A stretch of 64,000 bases of DNA from Girardia tigrina (taxonomy: Eukaryota): the NCBI GenBank assembly GCA_001938485.1, contig MQRK01245452.1, forward strand, positions 1-64,000, in the 5' to 3' direction. Position numbers and translations under genes: made by a program. Under the pieces are notes generated by a model, which made no database searches, was not told the origin of the DNA, and saw nothing but the letters and a program-made list of their open reading frames with translations. Below, in pieces: positions 33,783 to 45,870 of the stretch (position 1 is its first letter; each line of letters opens with the position of its first letter).

Positions 33783-36700
33783 ACGTTCAAAATTACTGTA
33801 AATATAATATGTAAAAAATAGGAAATATATATTAGTAAAATTACAATAAGATTTATCTTCTATTTATGATAATTGAAGTTCTTTAAATTTCATTTAAATT
33901 TCCAACAATCATAAGATTGATTAATATTTTGATATAGAACATCTATTTGTTGCTCTTGGCCTAATATAATTTAAATGTCTCTTAATGGTTCCAAACACAT
34001 TTTCTATAGGATTTAAGTCTGGAGAATATGGCGGAAGAAACAAACATTCAACATTAAATATAGAAAATTGTTGTATCACAGATTTAAATATCCTAACAAT
34101 GCGACAAACCTTTTCTTAGCCGTTTTTCCCCAACAAATAATATTATCATAGTCATTTCTTGATCCCTTATTCTTCAAATAATTTTTCAATTGTTTGTTCA
34201 GCCCTTCTTTGGGTATCTATTACGAAATGTTTTTTCGAAACAAAATCTTTTGATATACATCTTTAGACAATATTTTGATTTTTGTAAAATTGTCAACTCT
34301 TCAATACATAAGATAATAAACATCGGTCTTATACATTATTAATTTCTTACATGGAGAACTACATTAATTATATTTGACAAAATTTCAAACATTTTAAGCT
34401 TATTTGTATTAAAAGTTTATAAAATAATTATTGTTTGGAATAAAATAATTATTATTGGGAACAAAATATATAATTCTGGGAAACTCTGTAATATGGTGAT
34501 TAACGAACATAGAGAGAATTTGAATTATTGATTCGGTATTATGTAATGTCTTTGTTACGATATTTGTTGTATGTGTTTGAATATAAAATGAAATTAATGT
34601 ATGTAAGTTATTTATTGTATTTGTTTATCTATAAGAAATAAAAATGTTTTTTACCAGTAAAAATGTTGTGTCACGATACCTCACGACACCTCTTCACATC
34701 ACACTTCATCAATTTGTAAATTTAAACACATTCACATTACATCACCGATAAAAGTTAAAAATTTTTGAGGCACATTTAGAAATAATATATTATTATATAC
34801 ATATTTTAATTGAAATTTAATAAGGAATTTTCAAAATATTTTAAACATATTTCGTAAATTAAATGTCTTGGTGCGAAAGATTTTAAAAAGAAGTTTAAAC
34901 TCTTAAAAATGGTAATCTTAATTTGGTAGCAGTTTTTATCCAAGTTCATCTTCTACAAGGAGCTCAAGCACTTCATCGGATAACACTCGCGTCGGTGGAG
35001 GAATTTTCAAATGAACAACAAAGATAATTCAAATACAGAAATCGATTTACAAAATGTTTCTTTTTGAAATATAATGAATTAATTCAACTTTTTGAACGAC
35101 TAACAAAGAAATATTCAAAATTGAAATTCAATACAATTGATATTAAAATATTCAATATTCACTCTATCCAAGTTGAGGCATGGTTTTCGCAACAAAGGTC
35201 ACGATGAGAAGAATCATTAGAAACATCGACTTCTTTAATATTTAAGAAAACGTTCAATGCTTTAATTGTTATTTTTTTGGGATTTGACACAAAAACATTT
35301 TGTGTGATTTTATTTTGAAATTATTCCATCACTTAAAAACAAAACTCTTTTTAAACTCAAAATTTATTTATTTTCACAATTATTTTTAACATTGAAATTT
35401 ACACTTTTTGTGACAAATTTTCACCATAAAACAAAATCACGCAAGTATCCAATCAGTTCAAATTAATTTTTTCCATCGGCAAAACAAATCATTATCAATT
35501 TCATTTTTACACACATGCGCATCGAGAAAGAATCTATTTATGTACATGTGAATTGACTATTAATAAGTGATCTGAAGATGACGGTTGATCCGTCGAAATA
35601 TATTGTCTATAAATATATTTTTAAATTGACGAGTGTTGTTTTTATATTTAATTATTCGAATTATTATTATTGAAACTTTTAATCCTCAATGAACCAACAT
35701 GGGTCTAATAGACCCATTAACTATAACATATATGCGATATATGCGAGCGTAAATCTATGACTCACCTGTTACTGTTTATATTTATTTTATGCATATGTAT
35801 AAGATATTTATTTCAATTTCATTGCCTAATATTACAACAGAACGAAAGAAAATATTTTTAGTGTAATAATTAATTTACAAATTAAAACCAACATAATAAA
35901 TATTCTTTCGTTTCATGCTGATAAGTAATAAGTTTTATAAAAACACAGTTTCTTCCAAAATATGAAGCAACTGTTTATCCCATGTTACATCAAAACAATA
36001 TTTAACTATGTAAAAGTCATTAATGATAAAAATACCATACTGATCGCGAATAGTAATGTAATTCTTTCTTTTTGTTTAAATTTTTGCACATGATCATTTT
36101 TATGAATGAGTGATCTATTTCTTGTTGACTTGAAAAACAATCCAGTTTTATCGCTATTAAATACGTTGCGTTTTCCATAATTTTCGATTTTTTCTGCTAT
36201 AATTCGGTAAAATTCTTTGAAACTTGTTTTATCAACAAGTTCACACTCTCCAGTGTTAGGGTTTGCTTTTTCTTAATTTTTCTTTTTAGTTTTGATTACA
36301 AATTTTTTGTTAAATCAAACCAATCACCCGTTATATGCTACAAAATCTTCTAAACCAAGTTTTTGAGCTATTTCTAACGCTTAGATTTGCATATAGTTAT
36401 CTGATATACAGTAGTTTTTCCATCTCATTTGAAAAAAACAATCGAAACAGACACTCGTTAAGAAAACCGGTTTTTCTTAGCTTCAATTTGGTCTTTTCTT
36501 TTTCATTTTTAGTATTCATTATCTCCTCGTTTTTAGTAATAATTTCGTTTACAACGCCAACTGAAACTTTGAATTCAGTTGCAATTTATCGTTGCTTCAA
36601 AAAATCATTAAACAGTTTAGGATCACTGTTGATTCGGTCATTTAAAACGAAAAAAAACTTATTTGAATTTTAAATTAACCACAAATTCAGAATTGAAACA

Positions 36701-38447
36701 ATAAAAAAATATATTTCTTTTCAACCAAAAGGCAATTAAAAAAAACTAATGAATATAATTCACAAACAATTTTTTGTCACGACAATACGAAAAAAATCAA
36801 AATCATGTTAAAAATAGACTTTAAAAAGTCGCACTCCCAATTAAAAACAAAATATTAAGAGAAAAAATTTGACAAATCATAATAATAAATTGTGGGCCTC
36901 CAATTCTCATTCGGATTCCCCTGACCAATCAGAGTGAGAATTTCACATTTTCGGTCAATAAATTGCCACTTTCTACTTAACAAACATTCAGTGCACACAC
37001 TCGATAAGACTGATTCATTTAATATTGAGAACAATTTTTCAAATAATTGAACCAAATACTCCATATACTTAATTTCTCATTGTCTCACTGGTTTGAATTG
37101 TTATACCTCCTACAATATCGATTGATAAATTCTCTCGTCTTTTTTGTATCTTGTAGTCGGAATCCATTCAGTGAGAGTCGGAGACAACGATGGGAAAAGA
37201 AATTGGACTGATAACTTTAAAAATTGTTTCAATATAACATTTCATTTATTATTAAAAATTCCCATAATGTTTGTAGCGTGTAATTTTTAAAAATAAATGT
37301 TTAAATACATTAAAGTTATTGACATTTCCGTTTTCTTTGAGATTTCATTTCGTTTCATATATCAAAACCGATAAATCTATTATAATGTCTACGTCGAAGT
37401 TAATCTCCGCGAATTACGAGAAAAACGGATATAATCAGTCGTGGTTCCTATCCTTTAAAACGTAAGCCCGTACAGAAGGCTACAAAATCATAATTTTCAT
37501 CAATTCACAAAATAAAATCATATAACATGGCACATCGAATCCGCTTATTAAATTTCTTATGTTTAATATTTAAAAGAAAGCGTTTAAACAAACATATTAT
37601 GTTTAAATTATTTTATGTAATTATTTATTTTCTAAATTATTTTCTTCTGTATTTTACATTTCTATCTACATATTAATAGAAATTAGAGATAGGTGATTGT
37701 AACCCAAACCCGGTATAAGGCCGAGTCAATTATCGAGTTCGGGTTACAGTTTAGAAAATCGGGCTGAGTTCTGGTTGACAAATATCTGATTTATCACAAG
37801 TTTACATTCTGGTTAATTTGGGTTGTTATTAAATATAGTGGGGTCGGGTCATATTATAATAAAGTCGGGTCGGGTTGAGAGACTTTTAAGGATTAACGCC
37901 TATCTCTAATAAAGATTGCTAGATATAGGTTTAGTAAGATACCAATTTGTTTGTTAATCTCTTTTTATTAGTATTAAATTGCAATTTTAATGTATTATCA
38001 GATTTGAGATTTTCTTTTGAAAATCTTTGAATTTCCATTTGAATTATACTTACATTGTATTATCCATTCTGTAGAAGTCTTCTATTTATCTTCGATTTCG
38101 GTATTTTTAATTCTGATGCAATGAAATAATAACTGCATGATTCACATGTAATAAATGACCTTTCCAAAGATGTCTTTTGATGTTTCTTATATATATGCAT
38201 GGTAATATATGACTGACTTAACATAATTAAGTAAGACTTCTGATGCCGGCTTGACTTCGATCATCCAATCAACAATTATGATCCTGAGGAGGACCTCTTC
38301 ACTTTGTTGAGCGGTATATCATCACTCATCTCTCAACGATACAAAACACACATCAAATTATTTATTTTTGCTTTTTTATACAAAGCGGAGATACCGCTCA
38401 ATTTATTTTTCCAAGAATTCAAAACATAAACAACAAAATAATAATTT

Positions 38448-38481
<34 letters not shown>

Positions 38482-41048
38482 AGTAATATCTTATATAAAA
38501 AATTAACATAAATAATAAGTTATTTAACAATAAAAAAGACATACTTGTTCGCGCTTATTTTTGTAAATGTTTAACTTTTTAAACAAATCAATTGAGTTTC
38601 ATATAGAAAAATTTAAAAGTAATCCATACTCTGAATGTAGTTTGAAATCGCCACCAAATCACAATTCATCTTTTCGTTAAATTTTCTACATGTCTGGCGG
38701 CCATTTTAAAAGATCTCTGAGTCGCGCCTCGTCCATCTTGTCTGGTCTTCCGGAACGAGAAGGGTCATTGAGCACAAAAGTATCGTGTTTAAATCTGGCA
38801 AACCAATCTCAAGCAGTTCTGTCAGGTATAGAGCCGAATCCATATACCGCACTTCAATCCCTTTCTCTTGATTAAAAGCGAAAAGAAAGGTGTCGAAAAT
38901 GCCATTTTCTATTGACTTTATTTTCCATTTGATGGTTTCAGAAAAGAAAAAATTATTATAGACATAACGATTACGTTAATCTTATTATAGGGCATTTTAA
39001 TAGTATATAACACTTAGTCACACATCAAAAAGTTTTTGTAGAAATAATAGATTCATGTACCGAGGGAAACTTACGCAACAAGATAATATTTATAAGTATC
39101 TATTAGTTTCCAAAAATATGTAAAATAAACAAATGATACTGATGTTTAGTGTTAGATATATATATTCTTTCAATTATTTTGAAAGACTTTCTTACAGTAC
39201 CTGGTCCAACAAATCAGGAAAATCTTTTCGAGACCGTATTAAACTCTTATCTTAGTTCCTATAAAATATTAAATAGTGAGTTAAATTTGTGGTCATTGAA
39301 CTCTCGATTACAAAAGTTTTCTGTGTATTATGGATCCGAAATTTATCTTTCCTTTCTCTAATTTTCTATTTTTTTTTGTTTTTTTCTTAAATTAATTATA
39401 AAAATATAATTACTTATAAAAGTCCGTTGGTTTTCGATGGAGACTTGCATATTGCGGAGATTACATAGAGGAGCGACTAGTATTGATGCACAATGATCGG
39501 TTGTTGAAATTAATAATAATCAATTCAGAATGATCAATTAATTTTTAATCTTGAATAAGAATATAATTAGTAAATAATTATTATTTATCGAAAGCCCCAA
39601 ATATTAGTTATTTTTTCACACTCATTTTCTAATCGGTATTTTGATTAAACATTTTCAGAGGTTTCGTGTTTGCTTCCTCTTAAACAGAGCATTAAATATA
39701 ATGGAGCATCTTCTTATACTTATTATTTTTTTAACTTTCTATCGTTTTTCAAAATTCTTCTACTGAACATCCACTGTCAGTATTCAAGAAGAAATCCCTT
39801 TTTATTTTAAATGATAAATTATAGATATTTTTAAAATAATAGATAGCATTCTAAAAAATTAAACGTGATAATTAATGATAAGACTAAATTATAATTAATA
39901 ACACTAAATTAAAAATAATTTCCAAAGTTTATGAAATTGAAAAAATATTTTCGGAGTGTCAGTCGGTGTCGAGTTTCACGACTCCAACTTAATTCCCACT
40001 TTGGCACAGACTCTAACTTCCCCAATTATCCTTAAACTCCGATTTATCCCAATTATCCTTGACTACGATTCCGCAGCCCGGTAAATCAGTATCATGGTAA
40101 AATAGTGAATCTACATAAGAGTTGAAAGATGATGATCGAAATCAACGAGAGAAAGAAAACAGCTCCAAGCAGGGTTTCGATGGAGACTCACAGATCGTGG
40201 AGAGTACATAGAGGAGCGACTAGTGATGACGCACAATGATATGTTGTTGAAATTAATAATAATCAGTTAAAAAAAAAGAAATAAGACTAAAGCCTTTATT
40301 CAAAATCATCTGTTTCAGTGTTATTTATAATTGTAATAATAACGTTTTAATAAATGACAAGTGTTAACATAGTTTGCTGTTATCACCCATTTAAATGTCG
40401 GTCATAATAACGTATTTAATATCGGTTGATCGATAAGAGATCGATATCTATCATAGTCAAGGATTTCATTAATGATAGAGGTGCTTTGATATTAAAAAAA
40501 TATTTTTCTATTGTATTCTAAATTGTTTATCACATTTCCTTCCTTGTTTAGGATATTAAATAAATTTAATTTCAAAGGAATAAGTTACTTTTTTTAATTA
40601 ATTATGACTTCTTTAGTTACAACTATAAATTTTAAAATTAAGAAAAAAATATTTTTACAAATTAATTTTCATTACTAAAATATTCATATATTTATTAAAG
40701 TTTTTAATCAATCAATTTATTATATTTTTTTTCAATACATTAAGTAAAAATAATTCTTGTTATTTCTTCTTATTTATTTTTTATCTTTCACGCTTTAATT
40801 TTTCTTTTTTCTTTATGTATAAACAGACGAAGAAATACGCTGATATAATATTACCGAGAGGTGCGGATAATGTGGTCGGTATTGATCTCATCATCCAGCA
40901 TATCCAGGATGTGCTTAGTCACGGTGAGGCAGTCATGTCTAGTCAGAAAAAAGTGTGTTCTGATGCTAATTTCGTTCATGAGGGTCATCATGTGTGGCGC
41001 ACAAGACAAGTGTCCGAATCTGGCGGACTCTCTACGCGTCCGCATTAA
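26944..41048 (+). CDS. UCK2: Uridine-cytidine kinase (UCK1/UCK2 type), 6 exons
   Basis: Exons: 26944-27012, 27066-27213, 27279-27375, 29791-29939, 30360-30457, 40827-41048. All introns are GT-AG and in phase. Motifs: [78 protein letters not shown], and a C-terminus RQVSES..RPH like vertebrate UCK1/2. The symbol denotes the family, not proven orthology. Confidence 0.93.
27526..28075 (+). mobile_element. DINE-1/HINE-like element in UCK intron 3 (contains a 50-N gap)
   Basis: TTTTACCACGTTTT ... AAAACGTGGTTTT ends and a CTGT-type repeat. The 3' module is nearly identical to 5944-6105. Confidence 0.7.
28726..29031. mobile_element. MITE-like element with inverted repeats of about 42 bp
   Basis: TCGGCATTCCAGGAAAAATAATTTTAAAATTTTGAAAAATTT versus AAATTTTTCAAAAATTTAAAATTATTTTTCATGTAATGCCGA. 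Confidence 0.55.
29140..29540. repeat. 22-bp minisatellite, about 18 copies (TTAATTTGTGATTATTTATTAA)
   Basis: GTGATT recurs at 29179, 29201, 29223 and onward with a 22-bp period. Confidence 0.9.
30659..32084 (+). mobile_element. Full-span mariner-like element with long (about 100 bp) TIRs and a frameshifted transposase
   Basis: TA-CTTAGGCTGTCCCAAAA ... TTTTGGAACAGCCTAAG-TA. Motifs [25 protein letters not shown] and YSPDFNLC. Confidence 0.9.
32246..33351 (+). mobile_element. Internally deleted pogo/Tigger element
   Basis: TA-CAGTCAACACTATTATTTCAC ... GTGAAATTATAGTGTTGACTG-TA, with internal [11 protein letters not shown] and AWDEI..CWK. Confidence 0.85.
33435..34488 (-). mobile_element. Tc1/IS630-like element, deleted
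   Basis: TA-CAGAGGTTCCCAGAA ... TTCTGGGAAACTCTG-TA. The minus strand gives [22 protein letters not shown]. Confidence 0.88.
34863..35207 (+). pseudogene. Divergent homeobox relic inside UCK intron 5
   Basis: 35034-35204 reads YRNRFT...[13 protein letters not shown]...[18 protein letters not shown]. The spacing from Y25 to Q44-V45-W48-F49-R53 is exact, and in-frame stops flank it. Confidence 0.55.
35900..36660 (-). mobile_element. Decayed Tigger/CENP-B-like transposase N-terminal half
   Basis: [16 protein letters not shown] (HTH), [26 protein letters not shown] and [12 protein letters not shown]. Confidence 0.8.
37684..37908. mobile_element. hAT-type MITE
   Basis: TIR TAGAGATAGG / CCTATCTCTA, CGGGT subterminal repeats, and 8-bp flanks ATAGAAAT / ATAAAGAT matching at 6 of 8 positions. 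Confidence 0.75.
38050..38300 (-). pseudogene. Degraded cyclin A/B-type cyclin-box fragment
   Basis: [12 protein letters not shown] at 38253-38288 (compare MRAILVDWLVEV), then FIASE and EDFYRMDNT in other frames. Confidence 0.5.
38650..39087 (-). mobile_element. mariner 5' fragment
   Basis: [26 protein letters not shown], with a TIR-like end near 39065-39087. Confidence 0.75.
39428..40268. repeat. Two diverged direct repeats of about 97 bp (39428-39526 and 40172-40268)
   Basis: Shared TTTCGATGGAGACT...TACATAGAGGAGCGACTAGT...GCACAATGAT...GTTGTTGAAATTAATAATAATCA. Confidence 0.85.
39950..40081. mobile_element. hAT-like MITE end with GACTCC-type repeats
   Basis: Degenerate ACTCC repeats ending ...TTCCGCAGCCCG, resembling a CAGGGCTGCGGAGTC-type terminus. 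Confidence 0.4.
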
Positions 41049-41454
41049 TCAACTATTTGACATTGTGAGATTACATTTGACACAAAACTTTGGTGCAATA
41101 TTCTCCAGAATTAATATTATTATTATTAATAATCTTTTTTTGGAATAAAATTTTTCTACTGTTTTTCTTTTTTATCTTTAAATTATACTTAATGATCATA
41201 CAAAATAATATAATTATTTAAAAACATTTTATTAAAAACAAATCGAAATCTATTTTAAATTAAATATTTCGGTGATTTTATATTACCAATTATTTTATTA
41301 TCTATTACCGATACTGATTTTATAATAATTTATTTAACGATTATCTATTCAGAGGAAAGTTACATTAACTTTCACTTTTTTAAAACAATACGAATGTCAT
41401 TTTAAAATATATTTAAATTTCAAAGTATATATATTTTATATTTCGATGGTTTTA

Positions 41455-42640
41455 CCTGCTATGAATAAGACTGTGTACGGGAGATTATGTAATCAAATAC
41501 GTTAAATTATCCGAAAACTTTTAACAAGTTGGTCAAGAGTGCCATTTGAACATTGATTTTAGGATCACGAGATTAAAAAAGCTTCACATGACATCATCTA
41601 TGGTGTTCTAATCAACTAAAACGTATGGATCTAGATGTATTTGTGTTTTGAAACATCAAATGTGCATTTTTTGTTTAATCGTGAATTGTATAAGCAAATA
41701 GATGGGGTCACAATGAGTCCATTATTAGCACCAATATTAACCAATATATTGTTCTAGATTGTTGAAAGTAAAGTAGAGTTTTATTCAGGAAATATGCCAC
41801 TGTTATACCAAAGATAAGTTAATGTTTTTTTGCCTTTAAATATCACGAACATGTCTCCGTTTCTAAATGACATGAATTCAAATCATCCAAGTATTGTGTT
41901 TACTGTTGAAAGAAATGAAAAATTTCTATTTCTAGATTTAATTATTGATATAAAATACAATCATTTTGAGACAGAAATATATCGTAAGAAAACTGATACT
42001 GGTTTATGCACATCAGCAGACAGTTTTTGTATGTCTAAATATAAAAGGAATATAATAAAAGGTTTGGTTTATTGTCTAATAAAAGCATTGAAAAACTTAT
42101 TAAATTTTTGAATGACAATTGATACTAACCTGGGAGAATATAAAAACGAATAAGTGAATTAGAACAAATTAAGAGTGCTCAGTCTAATAAGACTTAATTT
42201 ATCTGTGGATGATAGAGTCGAGAAGAGTGTTAAGATTGAAAATTCTTTCATACCGGTTTATACAATGGGCTTACGTTATTCCAAATGATTCAAATATCTA
42301 AAGAATTCTATTTTCAAAGCAAAAAATAATCTATCCCAGTCACTTAAAGTTGAAAGTATGTTTTGTAAAAATTACATAATGATTTGAGTTTGTGTTCATA
42401 CGTTGTTTATATGTACTGTGTGCAATGTGACATACATTAGAAAGACTGCTCGTTCACTCTGTAAACGAGTTCAAGAGCATGCTTATAATGAAGGTAAGAG
42501 TAATACTGCTTAGCATAGCAAAACTTGTAAATGTAACTTGAGTATAAATGATTTCAAAATTCTGTACAAGCATTTTAAAAATTATTGTGAGAGGGTGTCA
42601 TGTGATGCATTGTTAATAAGATTTTGTTTAAAGGACACTC
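41455..42640 (+). mobile_element. Decayed Penelope-like retroelement (RT plus GIY-YIG)
   Basis: QIDGVTMSPLLAPILTNI, MNSNHPSIVFTVE, FLDL, EIYRKKTDTG, and the GIY-YIG region CTVCNVTYIRKTARSLCKRVQEH. Confidence 0.88.
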
Positions 42641-43267
42641 AATTTTTTTCAATTTCCGTTTAATTTTACATAATAAATTACACAATCACCCGTTTCACAT
42701 GCATAAGTAGTAAGTAAGCTATTAATGAGTATCAAAAAAACAAACTAATTGAACAATTCTAATTCAATGAATTTGTTTTTTAATAATATATACAAAGAAT
42801 ATTAACAATAAACGTTTTAACACTAAATGCATTACATATAAACAATAACAAGGAACTTTTAGAATTAATGGTACATTTTCGATTGAATAGATTCGTGAAT
42901 TGTGACTATAACATTTAAATTTAAGATTATATATACATTTAAATTAATCTTCTTTTTATCCTTTTTCTATTTTTGATGGATAATAATATCTCCTACAATA
43001 AATAGGTTTTCTCAAGTAACAATAAATTAATAAAGCATTTCCTACCCTTTCATTTTAAGTTTAAATTAATTTCATTAGTGGAACATATTTGACAACATTA
43101 AGTATTTAATTCATATACAAATTCATATGTTCATTACATTGTTTTAAAAGAATTCAAAATATGATTCATTCTATATTCAATTAAATAATAAAGGTACCTT
43201 CAAATATTTTTATATGCGGCCATACTGAAATGTTATGCTATATATCAATATACACTGTATATTATAA

Positions 43268-43345
43268 AGTCTACTTCGGCTGATCCGAACATCTAAAATG
43301 CACAAAAAACGTTCGGATTAGTCGATTTTCGGTTTTGTCGAAAAT
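43268..43345 (+). mobile_element. pogo-like terminus (second copy at 50749-50780)
   Basis: AGTCTACTTCGGCTGATCCGAACA versus TA-CAGTCTACTCCGGCTAATCCGAACA. Confidence 0.5.
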
Positions 43346-44689
43346 CGAGTAATCCGAATAACTGTTTAAATTTACCTAAAAAAAGAAAATTGACCTAATA
43401 AATCTAACAAAAGTTTCTCCTCATAATGAAAAAGATCAATTTGTTGAGGGGCGTTTCCGGCTACCTCTAACATTTTTGGAAACTGATCCATTGTGATAGA
43501 GTTATACAAGTTTCTCACGTTGGTTTTCGCAGTAGGGCACAACCCGAAAAGATGGCGGTGATTTGATGTGGAAATTCAGAATGGCTCCAAAAGGAAATCG
43601 ATGTTCTCCACTCGAATCTGTCGGCGGCTTGTCGTCAGTAAGTCGATTATGATTGTAATCTTCTAATTGCAGCCCGGAGATGTTGTCGGCGACAAAGTTT
43701 GTATGTAGGGCATGTATTATAAATTCAAAAAATTTAAATTGCGAGAATAAAAAGACAACCAGTAGATGCGACGATTTATTGAATGAAAGACTTATTATTA
43801 ACCCATCTAATTAACATTTTTATTTATATTTAGTAAAACTGAGTCTGTTCCGTCTGACGAATCTTTCTTTATGCGGTCACGTTCATACGGGTGACTTATG
43901 AATAATTTAGTAGTCTCATTAATTATCATTAATTTCTGCATAAAATTTAAAATCTCTTAGCGAAATTAATATCACTATATATTATTAAATTTAAAAATTA
44001 TTAATTATAATTAATACTTGAAAATTCTTGATTGTATTTTCTAATAACAATTATTAACGAAAAAAAAAGAAATTTATTTATCCTGATCAGAAGGGAAATT
44101 ATCGTTTAATCAGAACCTTACGGTAATAAATCTATTATATCAGATCTGAAATAATACTTAAATCTTATTGTGTTTCAATTTCAATCATCAATTTTAATAT
44201 TATCAGTTGTGAAGAAATTTTCTTAATATTATAATTGGAAAATTTATCCTATCTTATTTCAAGTTTCCTCAAACAGCGGCATAACATTATCGAGATAAAA
44301 CAATCCAAAGAGCTTTTAAAAGGTTATATTTTTTATATTTCTGTTATTTCTTTTGAATTAATTTTTTATTTAAAATATATATTATAAAAGATAATCATCA
44401 TTTTCTATATTTGGTATATTAATTATATTTGATGCTTTAGTAAAATTTATTAAGTTCAAGTTAGCGATTTAATAGATTTTACACAAGTAAAATAATTATA
44501 ATTTTGATACCTGAATAATGAAACACAGCGAGCATCCTTTTCGGGAATTTCAAAGTGGATACTTTTTTTTAAGTTACTGCTACATCACCGAACGACATGC
44601 TTGATCCAAATCTATATAATATTAAGGGGCTTTTGTGCTGCAAGAATGCTTCTCATGAATTGCCCTGAAGTGCCAAATGTATATGCAGA

Positions 44690-45560
44690 CAATGTTCAAA
44701 TCTACTGTATCTATAATGAAAAATACTGATGAGCTTATAATTGATAAAGCTGAAAAAAATTCACTTCACTGAAGCTCACAATGAACTAATGAGGAAGTTC
44801 AAAATCAAACTTAAAAACGAGTCGGAGGCTTCTTCGTGTCGTTCAAGAGATATTTTCGATAGTATTTCAATGAATCATCGAAATGAAGTTTCATAATCTC
44901 TTATCCAATGGTGGTCAGAGATATGATGTTTAGGAAACATCACCACAAATCAATTATTTATGAAACTGCATTTATATATTTTGAAACCATCGACGCAAAT
45001 GAGTTATTGGAAACTCATTTTAAAGCTGGAATAATCGATGAAGGAGAAACTATGGTAGCACTTTTTTTCAACTTAAATGATGTCAACTTTAAATAACTTT
45101 GATCCAATTTGTAATGATAGAACGTTTTTTGTGCGAAAAATTTTCAATCAACTGTTTATTATTTCCTGGCACAAAGGTCCTCGAACGTTGCCAACATTTA
45201 TTGTTCTTATGAAGACTCGTCAAGATCACCATTACAAAATGGTTATTGAAAAAATAAAAGAGCTGATTCTCCCAGTCAATAAATGTGACTTTGAAAAATC
45301 ATCTATTCGTGCAATTCGTGAAGAATTCAATGAAATAAATTATCAGGTGGCTATTTTCATTTCAAACAGGCAGTTGGGCGAAAATTAGGAGAATTTGGAT
45401 TGAAAAACGTCTGCACGAAAAAACTAACAATTCAATCGGTTGATGAACTTAGTAAAAGAGCTTGGTTTCTTGAGCACTGATAAAATCATGATAGTCTTCA
45501 ATGAATAAAAAGAAGAGGAATTCTTATTATTTCCAAATTATGATCTACAATCCAGTTTTT
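44690..45560 (+). mobile_element. Decayed Mutator-like (MULE) transposase
   Basis: NDRTFF..IFNQLFII, LPTFIVLM, CDFEKSSIRAIREEF, then a frameshifted GYFHFKQAVGRK: the MULE DGTF / DFE / CxFH pattern. Confidence 0.8.
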
Positions 45561-45870
45561 ATACGGCGGACAATTATTTTCTTCACAATTCTTCCAGTTA
45601 AACAAATCTGTTTGAGATGGCTGGATACAGTTTGATGAGTAACGGTAACGTGATTTGCTTCTAAATTCTTCTTAAACTACGGTTTTCACGCGCTGGGTGT
45701 CTACATGGTTTTTCCTAGTCATCAACATTGCATCTATATCCCTGCACATTTTAAGAATAGTCGACTGTATCACATAAAACCGTTCTTGCAATTCTGCTAT
45801 TAAGTATCCTTCTTGTCGTAAGAGACGATGAAAACTTAGGCCATCGTTTAAAGACAAATGGCTAAAATTC
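45555..45870 (-). mobile_element. Tc1-like transposase N-terminal fragment
   Basis: HTH-like LRQEGYLIAELQERF and VTHQTVSSHLKQICLTGRIVKK. Confidence 0.45.

Noticed and set aside
34863-35030. In-frame TAA codons readable as Gln (alternative genetic code)
   Set aside because: NCKX and UCK both end in TAA (UCK at its conserved RPH C-terminus), so the standard code applies. Point mutation explains the stops.
44726-44756. CTGATGA-GCTT...AAGC-T-GAAA hammerhead-like string
   Set aside because: It has an extra base before GAAA, no stem III or cleavage triplet, and lies inside MULE coding debris.
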